This document shows, one piece after another, positions 9,344-20,421 of a DNA stretch of 64,000 nucleotides. Where the stretch lies: the IMG/VR virus record IMGVR_UViG_3300037010_001275, positions 30,985-94,984 of that record; one strand, given 5' to 3'. A program made the translations under genes and the position numbers. Source of the DNA: a virus. Position 1 is the stretch's first letter. Every line of letters starts with the position of its first letter. Under the pieces are notes generated by a model. It did no database searches. It saw only the letters and a program-made list of their open reading frames with translations, and had not been told where the DNA came from.

Positions 9344-10639
9344 ATGGCAAATCTGAAGGCCACCGTGTTCCCCACCGTCGGCTCGGGGGTGATGCTCGGA
9401 AGCATCACCGGGATTGTAAAGAACCACATCCTCTCTAAGCTGCCAAAGGGGTTCATCAAGTACACATACATCAAGAACTCCATCCCCTCCGTCACGGAGC
9501 AGATGAACAACGAGGAAGCAAACCTTGTGAAGGAGCGGCCCACTCTCTCAATAGGTCTCAACTACTCCTTTAATAATGACGCTGCGTCACAGGGCGACCA
9601 GTTCCAGTGGGGCATGAGCAAGATCCCAGTCGGCGTGTACATGTATGACTCGATCTACACGAAAATTTTCTACAACGAGCAGGACTGCATCTACCTCTCG
9701 ACGATCGATGAGCGCACAAAGCTTGTCTACGACGTGGCGATCCGCCTCGATTCTGAAACGCAAGCGTACAACCTGATGAACTACATGCGGGCGTACATTG
9801 GCGTAGGTCGCCCATATTACCTGAGTCGGGTAAACATTGAGACCCCGATCCCTTTCGAGTGCCTCATTATGATCTCCGCCGGTAAGGGCTTTGATCTGAA
9901 GAGCCCGGTGGGCCGTCAGGCGTTCCATGAATACCTATCGAAGTGGTCCGGTGGGCGAGTCACCTACAAGAGGAACCTCTCTAGTGGGAACTACAACTAC
10001 TTCCTGCTCTACAACGCCAACATCCTCTGCAAGATCCCCGACGCTCCGACGATTGAGAAGAATATGGAGGGTAAATCTGTTATAAATACAGACATGCGTC
10101 TCCAGCTTGAGGTCGAGTTCCCGACATTTACTAACTTCATTACCGAGCGTGAAGAGCTATCGCCGGTAGACGACGGAATGAAAGATATGGTCGACGACTC
10201 CAGCACTGCGGTTATCTACAATTTTACTTCTCAGATGCCGGTGATGCGGATGTTGGGGGAAAAGACGCTAGTCTCACACTTCGAGGTCGTGACGGGCCTT
10301 AATGAGACAGTTGATGAGACTTCCTTTGAGGAGGCGCTACAGCCACGCATCATGTTCTTCATCCAGCATCAAAAGCAGTACCTCGGCGCTGACCCGGATG
10401 CAATCAAGCGTCATATAAAGATTAGCGTGATCCGCGACACGGAGCTGCTCGTGGAGGACCTGGATTACGAGGTCGATTGGGGAGGTTATACTGTGCGGAT
10501 CCTCAACCCAATGCTGAATTACGTTTATCGCTTTGCATTCTACATAGATCTCGTGAAGTATAACCAGATCATGGAGGTTCACGACTCGCTCGGCCTGCGA
10601 CAGTACGAGCAAGTCAATAAGGTCAAAGAAATCCTTTGA
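9344..10639 (+). CDS. Putative virion structural protein
   Basis: 431 aa ORF; late promoter AACA-N6-TA at 9309-9320. Confidence 0.6.
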   Translation: MANLKATVFPTVGSGVMLGSITGIVKNHILSKLPKGFIKYTYIKNSIPSVTEQMNNEEANLVKERPTLSIGLNYSFNNDAASQGDQFQWGMSKIPVGVYMYDSIYTKIFYNEQDCIYLSTIDERTKLVYDVAIRLDSETQAYNLMNYMRAYIGVGRPYYLSRVNIETPIPFECLIMISAGKGFDLKSPVGRQAFHEYLSKWSGGRVTYKRNLSSGNYNYFLLYNANILCKIPDAPTIEKNMEGKSVINTDMRLQLEVEFPTFTNFITEREELSPVDDGMKDMVDDSSTAVIYNFTSQMPVMRMLGEKTLVSHFEVVTGLNETVDETSFEEALQPRIMFFIQHQKQYLGADPDAIKRHIKISVIRDTELLVEDLDYEVDWGGYTVRILNPMLNYVYRFAFYIDLVKYNQIMEVHDSLGLRQYEQVNKVKEIL

Positions 10640-10695
10640 TTATATACCTAACAAATCTTTAGTTAATCTTTCCTGACCCTATAAAGGAAAAAGTC

Positions 10696-12375
10696 ATGCC
10701 CAATGCAACCAATTTCCGCCATGATTTGGCGGGGAAGGTATACCAGCTCAGCCAGTACTCTGCCTTGCAGCCGGTAGCCGACAAGAACTTCGACGTGACA
10801 AAGATGAATGAACGGTTCATCAAACTGCACAATGCTGTCCGCGTCTGCTTTGACGCCATCGCCGACCTCGCTTCCCGCGACACTACATTCCTGCCGTCTT
10901 TCTTTCAAGGATTTGTTAATCCGGTGTACGTTAAGTCTGTCACGTACGCAGACAAATCGCTCTATACACTGGTGAATGGTTTCAACAGCAACGGAACACC
11001 GGTTTCTTTCCCGGAGGAGCGCATTGTTTACTCTTTTCCAGATATTGGTGATATCACTACCGAAGACTACGAATACATGATGTTCCAAAACGGCGCTTCC
11101 GTCGAGCCGAGCAGCTACACTGTTGACAACAGCGCTTTCGGTGTCAAGGCGTATATCAAGTCTGCGTACGTGGCGAACAATGACACTTGGACGCTTGCGG
11201 TGCATCGCGTTTTCAATCGTAACTACCAAATGTACAAGAAGGTCTTCTCTGGAGTCTCTAGCGGCTTGACGGAGATCATCGATGTGCCAGCGAACTTCCC
11301 GAACTTCTACGACTCACGCTACCTGCGCGTTGCCGTCCGTTCCGGCTCTGGTCAGTTCTACGACATCATCGACCCATCTAAGTACAGCATTGTCTACGAC
11401 TCTGCCAACCAAAAGGTCCGTGTTGTTATTGACAGCTCGATCAAGTTTGCTCAATTCGACACGATGATTGTGTTCGACTGCACCTCCTTCTGGAAGAACA
11501 CGGTATATGGTACTAGCTCCTCGTCCGAGGTGGCTCCACCAAGTTCCATTGCCTTGACCCAAACGCTCACTAGTGGTGAGAAAGTGCCGGTTGGCATTAT
11601 GTTCTATCGTGATCTGGACATCTGGTTTAACGGTCGGCATCTCGTCCCCGGAAAGCATTTCGTGGTCTCGCCCGGCTTCTCCAACGGTGCCGGTAACAAC
11701 AGTCAATGGTATATTGACTTCTTGTTTACTCTACCAGAGAATACGGCTTACCGTGTGGACATTATGAAAAACGTGCCATATATTCCAGGCGAGTCAACTT
11801 ACGTTTACAAGGAAGAGATCGATCCGAAGGGTGTCGAGTATATTGACTCCAACAAGTTCCCAGTCTTCTCCGGCATGGGCGAGATGTACATCAACGGCTA
11901 CTTCATTGATCCGAAGAATATCGCGGCAGCTCATAAGAACGTGATGCTAGTCAATAATGTGACGGACACGAAGGAATTCTTCTTCAAGATGATGCCTCCG
12001 GTCACGAATGTCACGAGCTCCATGTTGGATGAGCACATGCGTCGTCCTACCGAGTTCGATCAGACCGTCGAGGCACTTGGCGGCGTTAGTGAGCTGATTG
12101 CCCGACTGAAGGTCAACCGTGCCGACATTTCCAGCTCCGATCGTGATGACCTGATCTCCGCTCTTGGTGGTGCAGTCATGCCGATTGAAGCTGTGGTTTC
12201 CGGTGATGCTGCTAATTATGTCAGCACATCTTTCGCCTCTGCGACTGCCGACTTCGATATGGATGCTAACGTCGCGTTGCCTGATGCGGCCTGGGATATC
12301 TCCATTCTCACGACGGATGCTATCATCGATTCCAATGTCTACGTCCAGAATAGTGTGATGCTCGACTGCAACTAA
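10696..12375 (+). CDS. Putative virion structural (beta-rich, tail/baseplate) protein
   Basis: 559 aa beta-rich ORF; late promoter at 10650-10661. Confidence 0.6.
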   Translation: MPNATNFRHDLAGKVYQLSQYSALQPVADKNFDVTKMNERFIKLHNAVRVCFDAIADLASRDTTFLPSFFQGFVNPVYVKSVTYADKSLYTLVNGFNSNGTPVSFPEERIVYSFPDIGDITTEDYEYMMFQNGASVEPSSYTVDNSAFGVKAYIKSAYVANNDTWTLAVHRVFNRNYQMYKKVFSGVSSGLTEIIDVPANFPNFYDSRYLRVAVRSGSGQFYDIIDPSKYSIVYDSANQKVRVVIDSSIKFAQFDTMIVFDCTSFWKNTVYGTSSSSEVAPPSSIALTQTLTSGEKVPVGIMFYRDLDIWFNGRHLVPGKHFVVSPGFSNGAGNNSQWYIDFLFTLPENTAYRVDIMKNVPYIPGESTYVYKEEIDPKGVEYIDSNKFPVFSGMGEMYINGYFIDPKNIAAAHKNVMLVNNVTDTKEFFFKMMPPVTNVTSSMLDEHMRRPTEFDQTVEALGGVSELIARLKVNRADISSSDRDDLISALGGAVMPIEAVVSGDAANYVSTSFASATADFDMDANVALPDAAWDISILTTDAIIDSNVYVQNSVMLDCN

Positions 12376-12387
12376 TTGAGATGAACG

Positions 12388-13356
12388 ATGAAGAAATCCA
12401 TTCGGGACACCTACGTCTACAAGGTCCTCGATCTGGAAGCGACTGTCAAGAACTGTGGGGTGGTCAACTCCAGCCTCGACAAGTATGTCCTGAGCAAGGA
12501 CGTCGTCGAGGCCATCTTGAGCGAGATGAAGTTTAAGATTAGCTTCCCATCTAAGCAACTCGTCATCGATGAGATTAAGGCGGGACATATCACGTTGGTT
12601 GACACTTCGCTGGTGTCGTCTCTGCCGACGTGGATGATCACCGCCGATGGTGTGTCTATCAAGACCGCCGTCGTGAACCTCTTCGGGAAGATCAAGATCC
12701 GCGAGGATGGCACTGCGCAGTTCAATATCCGGGAGGTCTTCGCCCTTGCGGTGATCGCCCTAACGGTGCGCGAGTTCTACCTCAAAGAGGCCAAGATTGT
12801 CAACAACCTGAACATTACGAAACTCGCTGTCGCGATCTATGAGCGCATGATATACCGCGTACTCGACGTGCTGTTCTCGCTCGATGTCGGACCCGAGTGG
12901 CTCCGCAATTCCATTAAGGTCGATATTCGAATCTTCGCTGCGTACTATCTGATGGAGAAGCGGTTCAACTCCGTCTCCGACTACGATAACGTGTATAACT
13001 ACATTCTCAAGGACGTTCTCCGTAACGTCGATCCTGCGCAGTATCTCGCCAAGGTCGCCGCCGGGGGCGGTCAGGTCTTCGACGCTGAGAAGTACTCCTC
13101 ACTACCGACGTTCATTGAGTGTCTGTCGAAAGTCCATCCGATCCTCAAGGACTTGGACGTCACGATGTTCCTCCGTAAATTCATTATGATGTACGGTGAG
13201 AAAGCCTTACTCATGATTGAGAACTACCAGTACTTCCTCGCATATGTCTTCTCGGTGACCCTCTCAGGTAACATTGTGAAGGACTTTGCTCTGGAGGCTC
13301 CTGTAGGCAAGGAGGGTATCCAGCTATACAACTCGTATTTTGAGCTTGTGAAGTAA
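12388..13356 (+). CDS. Hypothetical protein (probably virion-associated)
   Basis: 322 aa ORF co-oriented with the structural operon. Confidence 0.6.
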   Translation: MKKSIRDTYVYKVLDLEATVKNCGVVNSSLDKYVLSKDVVEAILSEMKFKISFPSKQLVIDEIKAGHITLVDTSLVSSLPTWMITADGVSIKTAVVNLFGKIKIREDGTAQFNIREVFALAVIALTVREFYLKEAKIVNNLNITKLAVAIYERMIYRVLDVLFSLDVGPEWLRNSIKVDIRIFAAYYLMEKRFNSVSDYDNVYNYILKDVLRNVDPAQYLAKVAAGGGQVFDAEKYSSLPTFIECLSKVHPILKDLDVTMFLRKFIMMYGEKALLMIENYQYFLAYVFSVTLSGNIVKDFALEAPVGKEGIQLYNSYFELVK

Positions 13357-13468
13357 GATAATATGAACCGATGGGCCGATCAATGGTCTATCGGTTCATA
13401 TTTATGCGGTACTAAGTGTTATTTTTAATGAGTAAACACCCAGTTAGATTAACAATTGCGAGGTTTCT

Positions 13469-13915
13469 ATGATCCGAACCCTAGTTGAGCGAATCAGCAA
13501 TTTCTGGTTGCGCCGGAAAATCCATCAGCGACGAAAGCTGACACCACTCGAGGTCCTTCGTGTCGCTAGCTCGCCAAGGCTGATGCAAGAAGCTACAGAT
13601 TATGGTATTCGGCTTGTCTTATTTCTACCGCCGTCCGTTGTCGTCACAGGTCTGGAAAACCTAAGACTAGAAGGCGACGTTCGCATTCACTGTACACGGT
13701 CAATGATGGTTAGTACCACCAAGCGGCTTCACATCAACCCAAAAGACTATAAGAATACGAGATTTGTTAGCGCGAGGGAAATTGAAGAGTATGATCATTA
13801 TGCCGTCACTCATGCAGAAGAACTGTTACCATCCGTAGCTGGAGAAGTGATTCCGCATGATTTGAAGTCTCGTTTAGATAGTACACTCGGCTGTGGGTGT
13901 CATTCGGTTAAATAA
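13469..13915 (+). CDS. Hypothetical protein
   Basis: GAGG RBS; late promoter at 13435-13446. Confidence 0.55.
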   Translation: MIRTLVERISNFWLRRKIHQRRKLTPLEVLRVASSPRLMQEATDYGIRLVLFLPPSVVVTGLENLRLEGDVRIHCTRSMMVSTTKRLHINPKDYKNTRFVSAREIEEYDHYAVTHAEELLPSVAGEVIPHDLKSRLDSTLGCGCHSVK

Positions 13916-14062
13916 AGGAAATCGATATGTCAACAGATAGTTTACTGAGTTGCAGTTTGACGGTTTCACTGTTTAGTACGAATAGCAACATCTTCGAAGT
14001 GATTGGCATTACAGCTGGTATGTCTGGTATGTTAAATTTGATGACGGAGCAAGAGGGATAAC

Positions 14063-14347
14063 ATGCCAGCTGTTGTTAGATTAGGAGATGTATGTACTGG
14101 TCACGGCTGCTTTGGATCTAGACCTAACGTACAAGGTAGCAACGACACCTTTGTTAACGGTATACCAGTTCATAGACAGACTGATGCCTGGGCGTCTCAT
14201 TGTTGTGGTCCTCCATGTCATTCCTCAGTTCTGGCCGCTGGATCTGCTGTTACATATGTCAACGGTCTTCAACTCGGAAGAATCGGAGATCCAGTAGCAT
14301 GCGGGAGCGCATGTGCTACCGGATCTCCCGATACGTTTTCTGGATGA
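14063..14347 (+). CDS. PAAR-repeat spike tip protein
   Basis: MPAVVRLGDVCTGH...FVNGIPVHRQTD...VNG..LGRIGDPVACGS, with metal-binding His/Cys. Confidence 0.92.
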   Translation: MPAVVRLGDVCTGHGCFGSRPNVQGSNDTFVNGIPVHRQTDAWASHCCGPPCHSSVLAAGSAVTYVNGLQLGRIGDPVACGSACATGSPDTFSG

Positions 14348-14546
14348 AGAAATAAAGTTCCACAGCGAAATATAGCAGGTTGGCCTCAAAGATCAAAGAT
14401 TGGTTACAATGCAACGAGTTCCATTCGAGGCTGAACTGTATTAATTACCCGTAAGGGAAACAGGGCTCGATCCGGTATATCAGCTGCGACCGAGCCCACT
14501 GCATCAACGAAGCACTCTCATAAGTCCATAAATGAAAGGAGATACA

Positions 14547-14966
14547 ATGTCTGGCATTAATCAGCAATTCCTCGAACGCATCGCCAAAGTTTGTCACGAG
14601 GCCAACCGCGCCTATTGCATTGCCATGGGCGATCTATCTCAGTTGCCTTGGGCTAAGGCCCCGGATTGTCAAAGGTCTAGCGTCATCGACGGTGTCCGCT
14701 TCAACATCGATAATCCAGACGCCACACCGGAGAATAGCCACGAGAATTGGCTCAAGCAGAAGCAAGAAGAAGGTTGGACGTACGGCCCAATTAAGGACGA
14801 TGAAAAGAAACAGCATCCCTGCTGCGTCCCGTACTCCGACCTTCCAGTTGAGCAGAAGGCCAAGGATTACATCTTCCAGGCTATCGTCCGCGCAATGTAC
14901 GTCCCGACCGTCCTTATCACTGTGGCTGAAAGTCCGAAAAGCGATGGACCAGCTCGTTCTCATTAA
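14547..14966 (+). CDS. RyR-domain protein
   Basis: SHENWLKQKQEEGWTYGPIKDDEKKQHPCCVPYSDLPVEQKAKD is the RyR repeat signature. Confidence 0.8.
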   Translation: MSGINQQFLERIAKVCHEANRAYCIAMGDLSQLPWAKAPDCQRSSVIDGVRFNIDNPDATPENSHENWLKQKQEEGWTYGPIKDDEKKQHPCCVPYSDLPVEQKAKDYIFQAIVRAMYVPTVLITVAESPKSDGPARSH

Positions 14967-15164
14967 GCGAGATTCTCGCCAAGACCGACAAGATCTCCGA
15001 TGGCTGCACGCCAACTGCAATCTTCGTGACAAGCAACAACCGACTGATCAGTGCTCAGCTCACGACATTTGCCGTTCTGCAGCGTATGTTTTACGAAGCC
15101 CTCGACAAGCTCAGTCCAAATCAGGGTCCGGCTGGCAAGCCTCGCATCGGTCCGGGAGCCAAAC

Positions 15165-15947
15165 ATGAAGAGTAAAAACCGTTTTTTCAAGCTCGATCGT
15201 TATGATGAAAAAGATATGTTCGAGGTATGTCTATACTCCGGCCATGCAAACGAGGATTCGAAGTGCCGCCTTGTGCTCTCAGCGTTCGGTTGGTACCTCA
15301 CCTTCTTCCTTCCTCGCTTCATCCGGCCCTACAAGTACTGGGTCGATCTGTCAAAAGCAGATTGGCTCGATTTGGACGGCTACTGGAAAGAAGATGAGCG
15401 GGCATTTGGTCTCTACCTCTTCAAGAACCACTTCAACATCCTCTATGGTCGTCAGTCTACCGAGGGGAATCCTTCGAAGTCGTGGGGCTTCTTTCTCCCT
15501 TGGAATGAATGGCGACACGTCCGGCTCAGCCTGTACGACAAGGATGGTCAGCATTTCTGGACACAGAGCCGAGACGATGACAAGCAGGGCAGCTATTTTC
15601 AGGATGGATCCTATGATCAGCAAACGGAGGCCAAGAAACAGTGTTCGAAGCGCCTTTTCGAGTTTCAAGACTACGATGGCGAAAGGATCACCGTCACGAC
15701 TATGATCCAAGAACGAGAGTGGCTGCGGGGCGTCAAAGCGTTCCGCTGGCTCTCGCGATTCTTTTGTCCGAAGATCCGTCGGCGTCTTGATCTCGAATTC
15801 CACAAGGAGGTCGGACCCCGTAAAGGATCTTGGAAGGGAGGCACTATCGGGCACTCGATTGAGATGCTTCCCGGAGAGCTTCACGAAGCGGCTTTCCGGC
15901 GCTACTGTGAGAAGAACGACATGACCTTTATCCGGGAGATTGTATAA
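15165..15947 (+). CDS. Hypothetical Trp-rich phage protein
   Basis: GGAG RBS before ATG at 15165; long ORF. Confidence 0.65.
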   Translation: MKSKNRFFKLDRYDEKDMFEVCLYSGHANEDSKCRLVLSAFGWYLTFFLPRFIRPYKYWVDLSKADWLDLDGYWKEDERAFGLYLFKNHFNILYGRQSTEGNPSKSWGFFLPWNEWRHVRLSLYDKDGQHFWTQSRDDDKQGSYFQDGSYDQQTEAKKQCSKRLFEFQDYDGERITVTTMIQEREWLRGVKAFRWLSRFFCPKIRRRLDLEFHKEVGPRKGSWKGGTIGHSIEMLPGELHEAAFRRYCEKNDMTFIREIV

Positions 15948-16175
15948 AATGCTGACGGCGGCTTTTTCGACCCTCTTCGGTATCATTATCACCTGTCTAT
16001 AGGTGGTGCCTATAGAGTTTATCTTTGGGATGCTTCTGGAGTTCTGCCTCCAACTCAATCTCGCCGGCACCTACCGATCCCGTCGGCGCAGTAACAGGTG
16101 AATTCCCCCCCCCCGCAAGAGAAAGCGAAAAAAAAAACACCCCCTACGGCCTTGCGGGTCGTAGGGGTGTTTTCA

Positions 16176-16457
16176 TTAAATAATTAGATCTTCGATCATC
16201 TCAACCTGATCTGACTCGAGCGTAATACCAATCCCAGCGAAGAACGAACGAATCACCTGTGCAGCGTTGGTGATTGTGCGTTCTTCATCGTCGACCGGGT
16301 TGACGCTCTCGATGCGATCCGGGTCCATACGCAGAAGCTTCTGCAGCAGAACGCGGCGCTCCTTATTGTGCGATGAATAGTGACGGAGGAAGTTGATGAT
16401 ACCCTTCGCGCCGTCCTCCTTATTTGCCAGCAGTAGCATGTTGAAGAGCTCTTGCTC
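16176..16457 (-). CDS. RNAP beta-like C-terminal subunit, exon 2
   Basis: Splicing restores PIRFG|EQE, equivalent to the bacterial beta QRFGEME motif. Confidence 0.85.
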   Translation of the reverse strand, partial: EQELFNMLLLANKEDGAKGIINFLRHYSSHNKERRVLLQKLLRMDPDRIESVNPVDDEERTITNAAQVIRSFFAGIGITLESDQVEMIEDLII

Positions 16458-17099
16458 CATATGTGTTCAGAAGTGTTCGCTACACACTCCCCGGATAATA
16501 AATCCAGCTGCATGTCACCATGCAGATCAGACTATATCTTCTCTCCTTTATCGGAGAGCTCCCTATTTCCATCGCCAATGGCTTGCGATGTACTCTACTT
16601 GATTCCGCTATTACTAGCGTTCTTTCGATAGTCGTTGAACGTTCCACTGACACTTACCACGAATAATTAATTGATATATGTTTCCAAGTTTTTCTTTGCT
16701 GGATATTCCGCACTGTTTACTCTGATAATTCCATCAGATTCATATCCTGTTGGGTATTATTCACAGTCTTCCAGCAACCAGCTTATTACAGATCTCGTGA
16801 ACCTGCTTTTCTGTTGGAAGTACATTTTTGCATGCCGCGCCTCTTGGTCTTAAATTTATATCAACTACGTGCTATAAAAATTCTTAGTAGGCATAACCCA
16901 CTCCAAGTTGGATACTTCATTGCATCGTTTGATGTCATTGATGTGATTCACTTGGTAAGAATCGTCAAATATAATTCGTGATTTGTTTAGCTAAAGGCTA
17001 TCTCCATTTCTGTGGTGAGCCAGTGGCTTCGCTGCTGATTGTCTCAAAGAGAGTTTCCAGCAGTTAAAGGAGTTTTACTTCGGCAGGCAATGAACTTTT
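16458..17099 (-). mobile_element. Group I intron (642 nt) in RNAP beta-C gene
   Basis: 5' exon ends in U (TTCGGT) and pairs with IGS GCCGAA; core CTGCTGGAAAC...CAATCAGCAG, GTTCAACGACTA and AAGATATAGTC; terminal G. Confidence 0.9.
16865..16963 (-). pseudogene. Degenerate HNH homing endonuclease remnant inside intron
   Basis: Fragment translates as DSYQVNHINDIKRCNEVSNLEWVMPTKN..stop; no full ORF. Confidence 0.75.
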
Positions 17100-18830
17100 A
17101 CCGAATCGGATTGGACTGTTGTTGTACGGTGCGGTGCCCTTCTTGTACATCTCATTTGACTTAAATGGGGCGTTCAGCAGACTTACCTGACCGGCGGATC
17201 GAGCAGAGAACTTGCCGATAGCCTCATGACGAAGCTTGATGAAGTACATGGATCCAAGAACGAGCGGCTGCTCGATCCCGATGAACTTCAACTTTTTCAC
17301 GCCGAACCTGTCGTACAGCTTTAGCATCTTGACTGGGTCAGCGTTCTCGAAGAAGGGCGGCTGATGGATTAACAAGCCGTCTTCACGCACACTCCGCACG
17401 AACTCAGAGATGGCCTTGACGTCGCCATCAAGGGTTGCCTTCAAGTAGTCCGCTTGTCCGCTACCGAGGATATTGAAAAAGTCCAAGATATCATCATACA
17501 GCGCGATGTTACCTTCCTTGTCATCTGGATGCCTCTTGACAATCTGGTCGGCGATAAACGTCAGCTCATGTTCATACAGCTGCGCCACGTTCATGCGCCC
17601 GACAACGCCTAGCGGGTTCAGTACGACATCCGGGATGTCACCATCCTCGGTTCGGGGCATTTGGTCATCGGGCAGGATCTTCGAAATCACCCCCTTGTTG
17701 CCGTAACGTCCAGTGATCTTTGATCCCACTTTCAGCGGGACGGTCTCGCGGATCTTAAAGCGCAGGATTGTTCCCTCAAACTCGCTCTTATCGTAGCTGA
17801 ACTTCTTACCACAGAGGTAATCCGTCGCCTTTTGCAGCAGGAAGCCACAGTTGTCGCGGAGTGTCATCCCCTCATCTCGGAAGTATTCGATAATCTCCTT
17901 GATCTCTGTGAATAACTCCTTTCGGGTTTTCAGCAGGGCTGCGATCGGCGCGTTGTGGGGCTGCGCCAGCTCGTCATCCGACAGGTTGGAGAAGACCTCG
18001 ATCGACTCGACCACACCATTAAAGAAGAAGAGCGTATCATTAACGTAATCGATCTGGCGGTCATTCTCCTTAAAGTCTGTCAGGACTGTCGAGTAGCTGA
18101 TCCGGCGACGGGCGCACAGAATGCCATCCTTGACGTACTCACCGATTTCCGGAAAAGGTTTGTATTCGTTCCGAGTGCCATACATGTTGACCAGAACATC
18201 GTTATTGTTGAGGGATACCACGGCCTCGTGGACGGCGGTATGTGAGAGCTTCTTTGCCCCGCTCTCACTTATGATGATACCATCCTCAAACGTCAGGCCG
18301 TCCTTTGCGATGAAGGCTGCCTTCAGGTTGACGCCATAGCGCAGATTCAGGTTGTCATCGTACATCGGGTTACGAGCAAGGAGCGTTCCCTCGGGAAGGT
18401 CCGTACCAGGTTCGACATCCGGGAGCTTGTACTCGTTTAAGAAACCATACGACTCAGTAAGCCGTACACACGAATTGTACGTCACAACGTCAACCGACCC
18501 GTCCTCATAACTGAAAAACAAGTATCGCTCGTTATCACCGTACTTGACTTCACCAAGGAGCTGCGCAGGTGCTTTCAGAGAGGTATAACCCATCCCCTGT
18601 GAGAACTTTCCAACCTGATTCTCGAAGCGAGTAAACACCCTCGGGATTTCAGCGTTGTTCAGCGTGAGGAACTGCGCGACGTGTGAGATGAACATGTTAA
18701 GACGACCACCGTCGCACTTGTTCACATTCGGGGTGAGTAGGTCCTCCCCAAGGAAATAGTGTTTCGGACGGCCATCCTCACGGATAAACTTACTCGCCAC
18801 CACGGTTTTCTTAGCCTTCTTTTCCTTCAT
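17100..18830 (-). CDS. RNAP beta-like C-terminal subunit, exon 1 (probably non-virion RNAP)
   Basis: GLTFEDGIIISES, VGSKITGRYGNKGVISKILPDDQMP, NPLGVVGRMN and MYFIKLRH; AGGAG RBS before ATG at 18830. Confidence 0.92.
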
Positions 18831-19179
18831 CAGGGCTCCTTTCAAAATAATACACACTCTGCGTATGCAGTACTGGCATTTTCTCGTGCGTTTTTATAAA
18901 TGTGAATGTTGGCGTATAAAAGCATGGCTCGTCACCAACACGTAAGCCAGTGCTCTTTCGCCAAGCCACAATCTTACGTTTGCGGATGGATGATGTACAG
19001 GCAATGATGTTATGGACCGGATATTGGGCAGTGTAGAAAAGCGTCTTCGTCTGCCTGATGACCGGGAGTACATAGGTAGTTATGTTCTCGGACGCCCTTC
19101 TGTTGGGATACAGTTCTCTGACTTCTAGATACATGATTGGACTCCCACGGGTAATGGTGCGCGAACGCACCATACCCAT
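18811..19179 (-). CDS. Hypothetical protein
   Basis: ORF between recA-like and RNAP genes. Confidence 0.5.
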   Translation of the reverse strand: MGMVRSRTITRGSPIMYLEVRELYPNRRASENITTYVLPVIRQTKTLFYTAQYPVHNIIACTSSIRKRKIVAWRKSTGLRVGDEPCFYTPTFTFIKTHEKMPVLHTQSVYYFERSPDEGKEG

Positions 19180-19187
19180 TATATATC

Positions 19188-20411
19188 TCAGTCTTCGAAC
19201 TCTTCGTCCATCGACTCCTTACCACCGGAAGCTGAGACGTGCTCCTCGTCAGCGTTCTTGGCGTCGATCACTTTGCTGTACTGCTCTGCAACGAACTCCT
19301 CAAACTTCTGCGCAAACTCCTCATTGGTGCGGTACAATTTAAGGAACTCACGCTGCGTAAAACGAAATTCTTCAGCATTTGGCAGGTAGAAACCTTTCGA
19401 ACCGCCGCCCTTCAGAAATCCCTGCTCCTTCAAGAAGTAGACGTTAGTCATCTCGTCGTGGAAGCCACGCTTGAAATGATATACCAACGGCAAGGTCGTG
19501 ACGTTATAGCCAGAGCGTGTCTTCAGCAAGCGGCAATTCACAATGCGACCGTAGAAGCCAAAGTCCTTGTCAGCCTTGAACTCCTTACCGGCGGTTAATC
19601 TGAACAGGTAGCTTGACATGAATACGAACTTGTTGCCACCACTGATATTCTCATCGTCTTCCAGACCCGGCAGCTGCACCTTACGGGGAGCATACGGGTT
19701 GATTCGGATCTTGGCACCTAAATGACCGACAGCAAGGATCGTGATGTTATATGCCTCGAGGAAGTGCTCAATGGAGGTCAGGAATGCGCCGTTAGACTTA
19801 GCAATCTGTGCGGCGACCATATTGTTATCGAGGTCCTTGTTCTCTAACAGTTCTTTGGAGCGCATGGTAGACACGGAATCAATGACGATCACGGTCGGCG
19901 GGAAGATCTTGATCGGGTTGCCCTCAAGATCCATCCAATCAACAAGGTCGTTCTTTGACAGAGCACGCTTAGTCTCGACGATGTCGAAAATCATCTTCTT
20001 AAGGAACTCGGCTGTCATATCTTCGTGGTTGAAAATTGTGAACCGCTCATCGTATTCCTCGTCGGTGATGCCACAAATGTTCTTGATGCGGCTGCGCGGA
20101 TCGGTGGAGCTGCGCTCGAAGTCGGCAAGGATGACGTCACCGTTTAAGTCCTTGGTCATCGCGTCAGCAAACTGCAGCATCAGGGTCGTCTTACCGGACT
20201 GCGAATGACCAATTGCCATGTGGATCTTACCCATCGGCAGGCCGATGTTGTAGAAGTTCTCACCGTCCTCGGCGTTGGTAGCCATCGTACCGCCGTTGTA
20301 GTCAAGAATCTTAATGTTGGTCGGCACGAAGACGGTCTCGGAGACGCTACCGACACTCTTCTTGGCGACGGTCTTCTTAGTTTCTTTAATCTTGGCAGAG
20401 AGAATACCCAT
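19188..20411 (-). CDS. RecA/UvsX-like recombinase
   Basis: GLPMG, Walker A GHSQSGKTT, DFERS, Walker B VIVIDSV and SGGNKFVF. Confidence 0.85.
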   Translation of the reverse strand: MGILSAKIKETKKTVAKKSVGSVSETVFVPTNIKILDYNGGTMATNAEDGENFYNIGLPMGKIHMAIGHSQSGKTTLMLQFADAMTKDLNGDVILADFERSSTDPRSRIKNICGITDEEYDERFTIFNHEDMTAEFLKKMIFDIVETKRALSKNDLVDWMDLEGNPIKIFPPTVIVIDSVSTMRSKELLENKDLDNNMVAAQIAKSNGAFLTSIEHFLEAYNITILAVGHLGAKIRINPYAPRKVQLPGLEDDENISGGNKFVFMSSYLFRLTAGKEFKADKDFGFYGRIVNCRLLKTRSGYNVTTLPLVYHFKRGFHDEMTNVYFLKEQGFLKGGGSKGFYLPNAEEFRFTQREFLKLYRTNEEFAQKFEEFVAEQYSKVIDAKNADEEHVSASGGKESMDEEFED

Positions 20412-20421
20412 TGCAATTTCC

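Noticed and set aside
16176-16460. Independent 94-aa gene starting MEQEL
   Set aside because: The G of the ATG is the intron's terminal G; the ORF is exon 2 of RNAP beta-C.
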